Shown here: in pieces, positions 1 to 12,600 of the stretch
Numbering within the stretch: the stretch's first letter is position 1
How the letters are laid out: every line of letters starts with the position of its first letter
Source: Botryllus schlosseri
Lineage: Eukaryota
Length of the DNA: 64,000 nt
Direction of reading: 5' to 3'
NCBI GenBank assembly: GCA_051294905.1
Contig: CM119379.1
Location: 25,606,001-25,670,000 of the forward strand
Translations under genes and position numbers: made by a program
Notes under the pieces: model-generated
Databases searched by the model: none
The model's input: the letters and a program-made list of their open reading frames with translations, nothing else
Told to the model about the DNA's origin: nothing

Positions 1-426
1 ATACGTTTCTTTACATCGAGTTATCCGAAGAACTTCAATATACACTCGAATAATATATTCATATTGAAATGAACCCGGATATCTTCGGCTGACACTCGTC
101 AGGGGCAATTAATTGACTGCAACTAGTAGAGAATTGGAAAGAACATTGTATATCAACAATGGTATCATAGAATATGTCCTCACCAGCATGAGATTGCCAT
201 TTGTTGCTGAAGAAGCGAAGTTATATAGGTACAGAATTATGAATTTGAAAGAATAGTATTTAGGGTGGCAAATTCTTTAATGAGCCGAAATTGGTGTGCA
301 GCATTTTTAAGGCAAACTAACAATTTTATCAAGTAGCCGGTGAAATTTGAAAAATTATTTTTGAACAGCCCTAATGAATATATTTAGGAAAAAATACAGA
401 CCCAATGCCACCAAGAGCATACTCAC

Positions 427-663
427 CGCACTGTCAATGCCCGACGATTGGCTGCCCCATTCAAATTCGTCCTGGTCAACGTGTTTCGATGTCCTTGGCG
501 TCACGGAGCTGTTACTAGAGTCGTTACTAATTCTGTTAGCTTGTCGAGGCTTCGTAAATTCGGACAACTTATCGTGAGGATTGGAACGCAACGAATCTTT
601 TCGTCTTGTAAGCTCTTTTAAAAAGTTTGAGGGGACGAGACCGACCTTGCCGTCAAGTTTACC
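427..663 (-). CDS. RIMBP2: RIMBP exon: end of SH3-3 plus tail
   Basis: [18 protein letters not shown]...; acceptor tttttag, donor GCG|GTGAGT. Confidence 0.9.
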
Positions 664-3600
664 CTAAAAAGTGGAAATTTTTAAGAGTTAATCAGCGTTT
701 TTTTGGTGCGAGTCATTTTTTCACATGCGTAAAATGACTTGTCTCGAGTCAATTTTGTATCGACTCGACTAGTAATAGAGCCACTGTGCGTGACTCGAAC
801 CAAGTCATATGACTCGAGACTAGGACGGCCAAGACATACATTCCATTGTAACTTCGAAGACTAGTAAAGTCACCGCGTGACTGGCAAGCAGTCTCGCTTC
901 AAGTTTGGATATCGCGGTACGTTGACCAATGACCGTAATACCATGTCAACGTATTTGCTTCAATTGACCGTTTATGATTCACAATGGGCCGTCAACAACG
1001 GTAGGCCTATACAGTAGGCCACAAGCTGTAAAATGTCAAATGATAAGTTCACCGACAGTGCAGAATCTACGATACAAACGAAATACGGAGGTCAAAAATT
1101 TTTTTGACTTTGTAAACAATTTTTTGACCTTGACAATTTTTTGACCTAACGCTACAATCTTGACAAAATTCTGACTTATATCGAAACTATAATTCTCGTT
1201 GATAAATTAACTTCTAGTAGCAAGGAGCGTGTAACCTCAGTGCTCAAAAGAATAATTTCCTGCTACTAGACTCAAATCATTAGAATCAATGCTCTATCAA
1301 GATTCAAGCATTGACCTGATAAAAGCCATCAGAGTCTATGCTCCCGTAAACCGTTATGATATCGCCACGCTTGAAGCTCAATTCTTTGTCCGCGTCTGGG
1401 TTCGGGGAACATTCGGAAGCGTTGTAATCGTACTGGGCTTCGAACCTTCTCTTCCTGGGCGAATTACCAACACGGTTCGCCGTTTCTTCGTCTGAACAGC
1501 GAAAAGGATTTCAGAGGCCAAGCTTAAAGAGGCACTGCACTCTAAAAACGATGTGGTCCCAAATTGAAGGGCAGAACGAAAGAAAAATTTTGGCCGCAGC
1601 TGTTTTCTTCAGAACGCCACCGTAATGGAGCTGCAATTTATTGAAATTTCCAGAGTTGCAGCACGCTCCAGCAGTCACGCAGAGATCGAACTTAATATAG
1701 TAGTCAGCCGATGTTATGAAGGAAATATGTTGTACACGCCAAGGTGGTTTAGTTACCGCGTCTAACGGAAGATGCCCAGTCAGTCGATTTATGTCAAAAT
1801 CGAGCCTAGTGTATTCTATATGCTAGTGTATTCTGGTATGTTAAAATTTTAGTGTCTACTTGACAAAATTGTTGGGTTGCCTAAAACAACGGCGCACGCC
1901 AATTTTGACTAAATTCATACTTATACAAGCATTGGTATACAAGAACAAAGATTTGGATTCATTTTTATAAATACATGTGTTATTGACTAGATTGTCTGAA
2001 AAAAACGATGCATAACTAATTCGACCCAATTCCGACCCATGGAAGCAAAATTATTGATGCTCGAAATTTAGGATTTCAAAACATAGTATTTACGGTGGGC
2101 GGGTCTAAAATAAATAAAGAAAGAATTTCACACTCCAACAACTTGGCTTCTACACTGGTTGGAATTGAGTCAAATTTGTTGCACATCGTTTTTCAGACAA
2201 CCTAACAATTTCAACGGGGAAGCCAGTAAAATTTAAAGATACCGGTTAAAATAGGGTTACCGTATTTTGAGATTCTGAAATGATGACGCTTTGTACAAGT
2301 CACAAAATCCATATATCGGACGAGAGAACGGGTAATTTGAAAATCTTTACAGGAAATTCGGTTGACTAAAAAAAGGCATTTTTTCGACTCATCCCCGAAA
2401 AACCGATGACCAGATTCAAGATTTCGGTTTATTTACGGCGTTTTCAAGTTGTGGAAGTATAATCACTTGGCTGCGAAAGCCATAAAAGAGGACATGTAAG
2501 CGAGGTTGTAATACCTCGACCCGAGTCACAATTTTTTGGTGACTCGACTTGACTCGAGTCATATTTTCAAATGCGTAAAATGACTCGACTCGAGTCAATT
2601 TTTGCGTTGACTCGACTTGTACTCGAGTCAAAACAGTCAAAGTGAGATTGACCCGCGTCTCGGAACCTTGCGCTTAGGTGTCCTCGCGGGACATTTTCGA
2701 TTTCCTGAAAAACGAGGACAAATCCTCCGAAAGTAGAACGTCTTGTAACCCTAGATAAAAGAATACGACTTGCTCGAGCTTAAACCCAAAGTGACGAGTC
2801 ACTCCCCATGTTTATAAAAAATCACGACTCGAGTCGTTAAAACAATGGTTTTATGAGATATTCACCGTTTTCGATAGTCTTGGAAGCCGTTTTTGATTCC
2901 GCGCTACTCTGTTCTTCGATATCTGGCGACGCAGACGGCAGATTTTTCCTTTTATACAACGCGTTTACATCCGTGACGCCGGAGACGTCGACTTCCTTAA
3001 TCAAGTTACAAGGGGCGTATCCGCGAACACCGTCGTTGGTTTCGCCGAAGAAAAATCCGTCGTCATCTTTATCTCCGAATACCTGTAAAGAATAACGGTA
3101 ACTAGCACAGCCGTACTAAACCTTTCCTAACCTGGCGAATGGGGAGGGACACAATGATTTTTTTTTGCCAGTGTGAGGTACCGTAATTTTCCAAGTATAG
3201 TACGCCCCCTAGCATAATACGCACCCTTGAAATGGCATGTAAATTCTAGGAAAAAGCCTGTACCCATGTATAGTAGGCACCCTGCATTCACAGTACATGA
3301 ATAGCCGTGTTTTAGTTCGCGATGTTGTTCTGTTTTGCGATGTCACTGTCGAACAATCATGACATAACCATCGCTAATCATTATGCAATTAACGGCATTG
3401 TCTCTAAACGATAGTACAGAGCAGCCAAAGCCTGCGAGGCTGGCGACGCGATAGTTCGGGCCAGCGACACGACGTCTTGCGCACGAGGCCTATTACAGAC
3501 GCGATTGCTAATCATTATACAAGTAACGGTATTGCCTCTTTACGATAGTAGATAGCTACAGCCAAAGCCTGCGAGGCCGGCGACGCGACATCTTGCGCAC

Positions 3601-6600
3601 GAGGCTAGATGCGATTGCTCAGGCCAACGATAATGTCGTGCGCACCACACCTGTTGGAGGTGCGACTGATTACGCAAGCGATTATATTTTGCGAGGATTG
3701 CCGCGCGGGCGCGTTCAGCAATCAATGAATGACCTAATTTCGCTCGCGTGCAAACGGCAAACCAACTCGGCAGGACATTGCTGTGCTGTGCAGACAACTC
3801 TCGTTAATTGGCAACACGCTTTTTGCTAATTGGTAGCGCGTTACGAATTACTGGGCACGATGACTGAAAGTGATGCGCGATTGGAAAAAAACATGAAGAA
3901 AGGTGTGATTTCAAGTTTTTTATCGAGGGAGATTTTTTTCAAGCGTGTTGTTCCCATGTATAATACGCACCCCCGATTTTAGGGCTAAAAATCGTGAAAA
4001 TTTTGCGGATTATACATGGAAAATTAGGGTAATTTATTGACACTATTTATAGTTTCCAATTTTCCTCAAATTTTCGTCCACCAACACAAATAAAAACTAC
4101 ATCACTGCACATCTAATACATTACTACACAGTGCAGGTGCCAAAATGAGCTGCACATCAACAACAGTATTAAAAGCCGTTGAAGCATGATTTTCACACAA
4201 AACAAAATGATGATCATGAATATTCACTGCAAATCAGTACGGCTTATGATGTATGCAGTCAAGTTTGAGATGTCACCTCCGACAAACCCCTGGGCTTCGT
4301 GTGTATCCCGGTTAGAGAATGCTGCATGCATTACTACGCAGCGACAGTTGATGAGAACTACCAAACTACATGAACCGATTGATTTCGCGAATGCTACACT
4401 AAAAAATAACATGTTTTTTCAAATTCTACTGGCTACTTGCTAAAATTGTTAGGTCGCCTAAAAATAACACGCTGCACACCAATTACGGCCTAATTCCAAC
4501 CTATAGAAGCATTGCTACAGAAAAAAAGTTATGGTTTATGTAATAAAAATGTTTTTTTTCAAATTTCACTGGCTACCCCATGAAATTGTTAGGTTGTCTC
4601 AAAAAACAATGCGCAACGAATTTGGTTCAAATCTGACTGGCTGAAGAAGTTATTGGAGTACAAAATTTTGGATTTGAAAAAAATAGTTTCATGTGGCAAA
4701 TAAGATATGCCCAGCGGCCGTAATTACAGGGATTTGAAATCCTAAATTTTGAACATCAATAACTTTGCTTATACCGAGGCAGCCAAATTTGTTGTTCATT
4801 GTTTTTTCAGTCAACCTAAAAGTTTCATGGGGTAGGCGGTGAAATTTGAAAAAATTGAATAGTTATTTTTAATGAATGTTCAAATTGTTAGGTTGGCTAC
4901 AAAACATCAAAATGATGCACACCCAACACAAATGATGATGAGCTCATTCATTCGCGCGCAGTACCTTGATAACTTGGCCTTGCGCGAAGCTCAGCTCTTC
5001 CTGATAGGATTCGGCATTGGGGGAACTAACTTTAGGATCATACGGATAGATGGCGACGAACAACCTCACTTTACCGCGGTTGACGTGGCCTGGGTGGGTG
5101 GGCTCCACCTGAAGCGCAACAAGAGCAACACGGCTCAGAGTTGGAGCACTAGAACATTTTCGAATTTACCAAATTGGATCAGAATCAGAATTACAGCTAC
5201 ACAGTTTTTCCCAATTATATTAGAATTACTGAACACATGGAAATTTGGAAATTGAATTACGCAATAGAAAGGAACTATAACAAGAATCAAGCTCAGTTGA
5301 TATGAAATGTAGGCTGTGTACTAGGGCTGTCAAAAAAAAAACCTTTTTCCCCGAATCTCGCTGGCTAGGTGAATAAATCGTTGGGCTGCCTTAAAAAACG
5401 ACGCACACCAAATTCGAATTCATTCCAGCCGGTAATCGCGGATTTCTTACAGATTGAGAATTTTCAATTTAGTAAAAAAATCCGAAAATTTTTGTTTTCC
5501 AAATTTTCTGTCAACCCCGTGAAATTGTTGCGATGTCTTCAAAAACGACGCAAAACAAATTTGACTCAATTCCAACCCGTAGAAGCGGAGTTATTTGAGT
5601 TTTTCGTTGATCATTCTTGAATTATTTACCGATCAAGGATGATCCCGGAATTATCAAAGAAAAACTCGAATAACTCCGCTTCTACGAGTTGGAATTGAGT
5701 CAAATTTGTTTTGCATCGTTTTTGAAGACAGCGCAACAATTTCATGGGGTCGGCAGAAAAATTGAAAAAAATTTTTTTTGCATTTTTTAGCGAATTCAAA
5801 ATTTTCAAACTGTAAGAAATCCGGGATTACCAGTTGGAATGAATTCAAATTTGGTGCGTGTCGTTTTTTAAGGCAACCCCACGATTTAATCACCCATCCA
5901 GCAAAATTCAGGAAAAAAGTTGCCCTACTGTGTACACTAGGGTTGTTCAAAAATAACTTCTTCTTCCGTATTCGCTGATTAAATTGTTAGGTTGCCTAAA
6001 AAACGCTGCACACCAAATTTGGCTCAATTCCAACCTGAAATTTTATTGTCAACCATGTGAAATTATGAAGTTGCGTAAAAGAACGATGCAAAACTGTTTT
6101 TTCTCACTTCCAAACCGTGGAAGCGAAGTGATTCCATTTGAAAGTTTTGGATTCGAATAAATACCATCGACGGTGGTCAATCCAGAAATTATTATTAAAA
6201 AACCCTAATAATTTCGCTTCTACGGGCGGGAATTGCGTCAAATTTGTTTGGCATCGTTTTTGCAGATAACTCAACAACTTCATGCAGTTGACAGTAAAAT
6301 TTGAATTTTTTTTCATCATAAATCCAAATATTTCAATACGCTCTGCGTCGACATCTACTGGTTGGAATTGAGTCAAATTTGGTGTGCAGCGTTTTTTTTA
6401 GCAACCTAACAATTTAATCACTGAATCCCCGGAATCCGGTAAAAAAAGTTATTTTGAACAATCCTAAATACTCAAAAACTTTTAAATTGAATTGAATTCC
6501 GAAATAGTCAGAAACAACACAAAAATATAGATCAGGTCCGTTCATATATGTCAGTACAGTCAGTTTGCCACTGCATGCTTCTCTTTTAGTGTTTTCATGA

Positions 6601-9600
6601 AAATCAGAAATTAGAGGAGACATACATTTCATAAATTAGATCACAATTAGAATTGGAACTGGAAATATGCTTTAGTATGCCTTGTTGTCCAAGTCTGATT
6701 ATTATTAATCTATGAGGGCGATTTCACGAAATTCTCCAACATTCGAAGAAGTACAGATCTTCGATATACAATTGAATATACTGATACCGAAATAAACCCG
6801 AATATTGTTCGACTGACACCCGTCAGGAGCAATCGTCAGCAACTAGTAGAGAATTGAGAATACGTAACACAACTGCACACCCCACAGCCACGTTCCTATA
6901 ATCGAAATATAAGCTGTACCTCAGAAGGCATTTCGCTCCCGCTTTGGCTGCTCAGTGTTGACTGCCGTAGGAATCTGCCGGGTTCCTTTGACTTTGGTTT
7001 GACGAAACGTCCTCGGTGAGAAGAGGAGTGTGATTTATGCGATCCTTGGGAGAAAAAAAAGAATCGATTTAAAAGCTTCATGCGTAGTAGGGTTTAAAAA
7101 AAAAATTCGGATTCCGGGGATTCGCTGATTCAATTGATAGGCTGCCTAAAAAATACGCTGCACGCCAAATTTGGCGCCATTCCAACCGGTAGATGTGGAC
7201 ATCCTGGGTTTGGAAATTTTGAATTTATTATAAAAAAAATTGAAAAAAAAAATTCCAATTTTACTGTCGGCCCCTTTGATATTGTTAGGTTGTCTAAATA
7301 AAAACAATGCTTAACAATTTTGCTCACTTCCAACCAGTAGAAGCAAAATGATTGCAGTTGAAAATTTCGGATTCGCAAAATTAGCCAATACGGTGGGTAA
7401 TCCCTGATGAATGAAAAATTCAAAACACTTTGCTTTTACGGGTTGGAATTGCGTCAGATTTGTTTTGCATCGTTTCTTTAGACAACTCAACATTTTCATG
7501 GGGTTGACGATAAAATTTGAAAAAAATCTCTCTTTTTTTAAATAAATCCAGGATTTTCAAACTTTTTTTAGGCAATCTAATAATGTAATCAGCGAATCCT
7601 CGGAATCCGGAAAAAAATTCATTTTCGAACAACCCTAAATTGCGTAGTAACCGTTTTCATACACTGTTGTTGCATTGATTGACCGATATATTAAGGGCGA
7701 TCGGTTGTTTGGCTTTGCGCGTCGCATCACGACATAACGAGTGCTGTAAACTATTCGATTTTGCATGCATTTTGTGTAGCAACCGACCTTGTGGAAGATT
7801 GCGGGCCTCCTTGCACTGTCGGACAACTAGAAAATATCCATCTTTCCTAAATCATATTAGAATTAGAATGATAGCTGCACAGTTTTTGCCAAACTAGATA
7901 GAATTAACATTCGCGAAAACTTGGAAATCGTATCAAGCTCAGTTCACATCAAATCGGAGCCCGTTCTGAAACTAGAACTAAAACTACTGAATTTTCAAAA
8001 TACCCCACTAGAACTAGAACTTGTCACTTTTCAAAATAAGCAACTAGAACCAGAACTACTCACTTCAAAAGTTACAACTGGAAGTAGAACTACTCACTTT
8101 TCAAAAGTTGCAATTAGAACTAGAACTACTCACTTAAAAATTCGCAACTAGAAGTAGATCTACTCACTTTTCAAAATCTGCAACTAGAACTACTGAATTT
8201 TCAAAATACGCAACTAGAACTGGAACTGGAACGAGAACTAGGCTACTCACTCTTCAAAAGTTTCAACTAGAACTACTGAATTTTCATAACACGCAACTAG
8301 AACTACTCACTTCAAAAGTTGCAACTATAACTGGAACTACCCACTTTTTAAATGTTGAAACTAGAACTACTCACTTTTCAAAATCCGCAACTAGAACTAG
8401 AACTATAGAATTTCAAAAATAGAACTGGAAATAGAACTACTCACTACAAAAGTTGCAACTATAACTGGAACTACCCACTTTTTAAATGTTGAAACTAGAA
8501 CTACTCACTTTTCAAAATCCGCAACTAGAACTAGAACTATAGAATTTCAAAAATAGAACTGGAAATAGAACTACTCACTTCAAAAGTTGCAACTAGAAGT
8601 AGAACTACTTAATTTTCAAAATACGCAACTAGAAGTAGAACTACTCACTTCAAAAGTTGCAACTACAGGTAGAACTACTCAATTTTCAAAAGTTGCAACT
8701 AGAACTGGAACTAAAACTACTCCCTTCAAAAGTTGCAACTAGAAGTAGAACTACTTAATTTTCAAAATACGTAACTAGAACTAGAACTACTCACTTCAAA
8801 AGTTGCAACTAGAGGTAGAACTACTAAATTTTCAAAAGTTGCAGCTATAACTATAACTACTCGAAAACTGGTAGTTAGCTGACCGTCAACAAATTATGCG
8901 TAGCCCTACTAATGCGGTGAAAATATTCAATCACTCACCCACAGATTGCTCATCGCTAGCGACAGACAATGGTCGTTTCGTAAATCCACGCGTATCATCA
9001 TGATACTTATGATGCCGATGATACTCAGCAGTACGCTTCCCGACTTCCGCAACTCTCCGATCATTCTTCGCGTTTGCAAACACGTTATTATCATCACCGC
9101 CAGAAAAATCGCTGAACACACCAGACACATTCTTAGACACATTCCTATCTTCCGTCCTGTCGAGTAAATCATCCAGTTTTTGATAGTTAGTTTCAAACGA
9201 GCTCGTGAAATTCCCATCCAAATCGTCCGAGTTAGTCCCGACACGGTTTTTCTCAACGTCGTGAACATTTTCGTCTTCATCAGAGCCTTGCGTAATTTCT
9301 ATCGAGGGCACCACGCGAGATTGCTTAAAAGCGTCTGATTTGTGTCTTGTTGACTTTTTCGGAGTGTCAAAATTAGCGTGAAACGCAGGCATTGAGGTAT
9401 CGCTAGATGCAGACAAGTCCGTGCTCTCTAAGCTAGTGCCTGGAGGTCTAGATTTGATAGTAGGCGACATATTTTGATTGTAACTTCCATCGTTTTGACA
9501 TAGTTTGAGAAGGTTCTGATAGATTCTCTGCGGTAACACGCACGGTTCAGATAAATCCGATTCTTGCCCGTTAACTGCGTGGCTTTTGATGCACACAGGC

Positions 9601-12600
9601 ATCGTTAAATGCGCGTAATCAGACGTTAGCGTTTCTGATGGTTCGTCTGTAAATTTCAAAGACTTTGACCGGCTTTGTTGCTTGATAGCGTCCGCCAGAC
9701 ACTGGGCCCTGATAGTGCATTGGTCTAACGTCGGAGAATGCACTTCGTGTATTTTAACGCCGGCTATGTGTATTGAGTAACCGCTGACGACAACACCGTT
9801 TGAAGTTCCTACAAATGAATCGTCGTGAATTAGCAGCAGACATTGAAAAATCATAATGATAATTTTTTTTATAATAAATTCAATATTTTCAAAGTCCTAT
9901 ACGTTCACATCAAATTTGCTGTGCAGCGTTTTTTCAGGCAACCTGACAATTTAATCGGTGAATCCCGTGTGTGGCATTGTACTATATGTTCCGTATGTTG
10001 CGATACCACCAATACAAGTTTACAGCCTTTTATAGTGGAAAATAGTATCGTAACTAAAATTCTCATTGAAAAATTAACTCTTTAAGGAGCATATAATTTC
10101 AGTACCCGATGTAAATCATTATAATTAATAATAGGTTCAGTTAATGTACTCCAATCATTGAGCCCAGCCCTAATATTAACATAAAAATTTATAGAGTTCT
10201 GAATTTAGCAATATGCCATACCAACACTAGGGCCATACAATGTAAAAATATCTATAAAGGATGGAGTGGATAGTTGTATAGCTAGAATGGACACTGTACC
10301 TACCGTAGTTGAAATGCACTTGTAAATAAAAAGGCTTTGATTGTTTGCTTGATATCATCTAGTGATGATAATATTAAGATAATAAAATTATGAAATGGGT
10401 GCTCACCCAAAGTATTTAGAGTCACGGGAAGCCACGTGACTAGTATGTAGCTTTTGTTCGAGCATTCCTCGATCTGTACCCCGATAGGCGGCTCGGGCGG
10501 GCCTGCTTCTGGAGTGATGAAACTAAAGAAAAACACGGCATAGTTTGCAAACATGCGTTAAAATTGTGTCTCTCGCGTGTATCATTGGAAATTGTTGACC
10601 AAGCCAACCCCACATGTCCATATATCAAACTGAATATTACATTCATATTGAAATGAACCCGAATATTTTCGGCTGAGACTCGTCAGGGGTAATCGCCAGC
10701 AACTAGTAGAGAATTGGAAAGAACATTGTAAGTCAACAAATTATCCGTTAAATGTTTGCCAACGGCGGGATTCATGCCCGTTCCCTGTTTCGTTGACATA
10801 CAAAGTTTTGAATCCTCAACCAGTTGCTGACGATTACTCCTGACGAGTGTCAGCCTTATGGAAAATCAACCAAATCGAGGACAAGTGAAATCAAAAATCC
10901 ACGTATTACCTTGTGAAGCAAGTAGAGCTGTCTTCCCCATATCCTTCAAGCGAGACAGACACAGTGTATTTATAATTAGGTCTCAGTTTATCGATAGTAA
11001 GGCGGTACGCTGGTGACGGAACAGGATGTGTTGTGGTGATGGTGTCTTGAACGGGAAATATGGAACTGAAAAAGGGGAATAGTCTCGTTTTGAATAATCA
11101 AGCTCATGTCGTTCGGTCCGCGATCGAAATTTGGTGAAAAAAATATACCCTTTTCTTTATAAATGCGTAGTGCATCCTATTGGCATTTGGAAGTAACGGA
11201 ATTTCAGTAGTTGATTTCAGAATATTTCAACACGGTAAATAAAACACTGACAAGTCCCAGATTGACACAGGAATTGCTCCATCTAAAACAGTGGTTTTTA
11301 ACCGGGGGGACGGCGGACCCTTAGGGTTTCGCGAAACCTCCAAGTTTGCAAAATGGTTGATAACCTTTTTATTTAAAGAAATCACAAACCCTCGTTGAAC
11401 GTGACCCGACTAGAATATCTCATAAACCAGTTCCTCGAGCCAAACTCTATTTTCAGAGTTGCACTGCTAAAAATCATATATATAAAGTATACACAAAACC
11501 CCACCTACCTTCCTTCTTCCATAACAGTGACGATATGCCCACGTTGACTCGTAGAAGGTTTCCAAGCCACCCTGGCGCTAGTACTTCCCACCATCTCCAT
11601 TGCCACGCCAGTAGGAGCCTGGCTTGAGCCCTCGCCGTGGGATATAACGCACAGATTTCCGTCTGATATTCCTAAGCTCGTGACGGCACACACTTCCAGT
11701 CTTGTGGTCTAGACGCATAATGATAGATCAAAGAGATGCACGCAAGCAGACTCAGATAATTTTAGTTGACTAGACAAATTAATTAAAGCAAAACACCGGT
11801 AATCTAATCGGATTTCTAGTTTCCCTGAAAATGTTACGGACAACTGCGTAGCGCGAAACTGGCCAAGATTGCTGTACAGTAGGGCTGTTCTAAAAAACTT
11901 TTTTTTCCTGAATCTTGCTGGCTACGCGATTAAATAGTTGGGTTGTCATAAAAAACGACGCACACCAAATTCGAATTCATTCCAACCGGTAATCGCGGAT
12001 TTCTTACAGTTCGAAAATTTTGAATTCGCTAAAAAATGCAAAAAATTTTTGTGTTCAAAATTTTCCGTCAATCCCATGAAATTGTTGCGCTGTCTTCGAA
12101 AACGATGCAAAACAAGTTAGACTCAATTCCGATCCGTAGAAGCAGAGTTATTTGAGTTTTTCTTTGAAAATTCTGGGATTATCCTTGACCGGTAAATAAT
12201 TCAAGAATTATCATTTTTAGCGAATTCAAAATTTTCAAACTGTAAGAAATCCGCGATTACCGGTTGGAGTGAATTCAAATTTGGTGTGCGTCGCTTTTGA
12301 AGACAACCCAACTATTTAATCACCCGGCCAGCAAGATTCAGGAAAAAAAGTTTTTTTTTTAAACAGCCCTACTGTACAGACATTTGCCGCATATCCTCAA
12401 ATATACATCATAGAATTCCCAAACATTGAAGTTGACCACACAATTTGAGGCCATATGTTCAATATGCTGTATGATTTTGGTATGCGGTACTTAGAATTGC
12501 GGACATGAGTCGTGAGAATTTCATTTACCTTGGCGTGGTCGATGTCTTCCACAACCGCATTGGACTTTTTGCCGTCGACAGACATCCTGAATTTTCCATT

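Noticed and set aside
4186-4443. Overlapping ORFs in the intron splitting SH3-2
   Set aside because: SH3-2 is complete without them, there is no domain similarity, and no convincing splice pair
5369-7632. Many 60-98 aa ORFs (also 11938, 13196, 16562, 29656, 33241, 34959, 39349)
   Set aside because: They fall inside family A or B MITEs and recur as frameshifted variants in each copy
8927-9280. Alternative-frame and antisense ORFs over RIMBP and ADIPOR exons (e.g. 8927, 8946, 2853, 4872, 29944, 33829, 35128, 50940)
   Set aside because: Shadow ORFs of real exons
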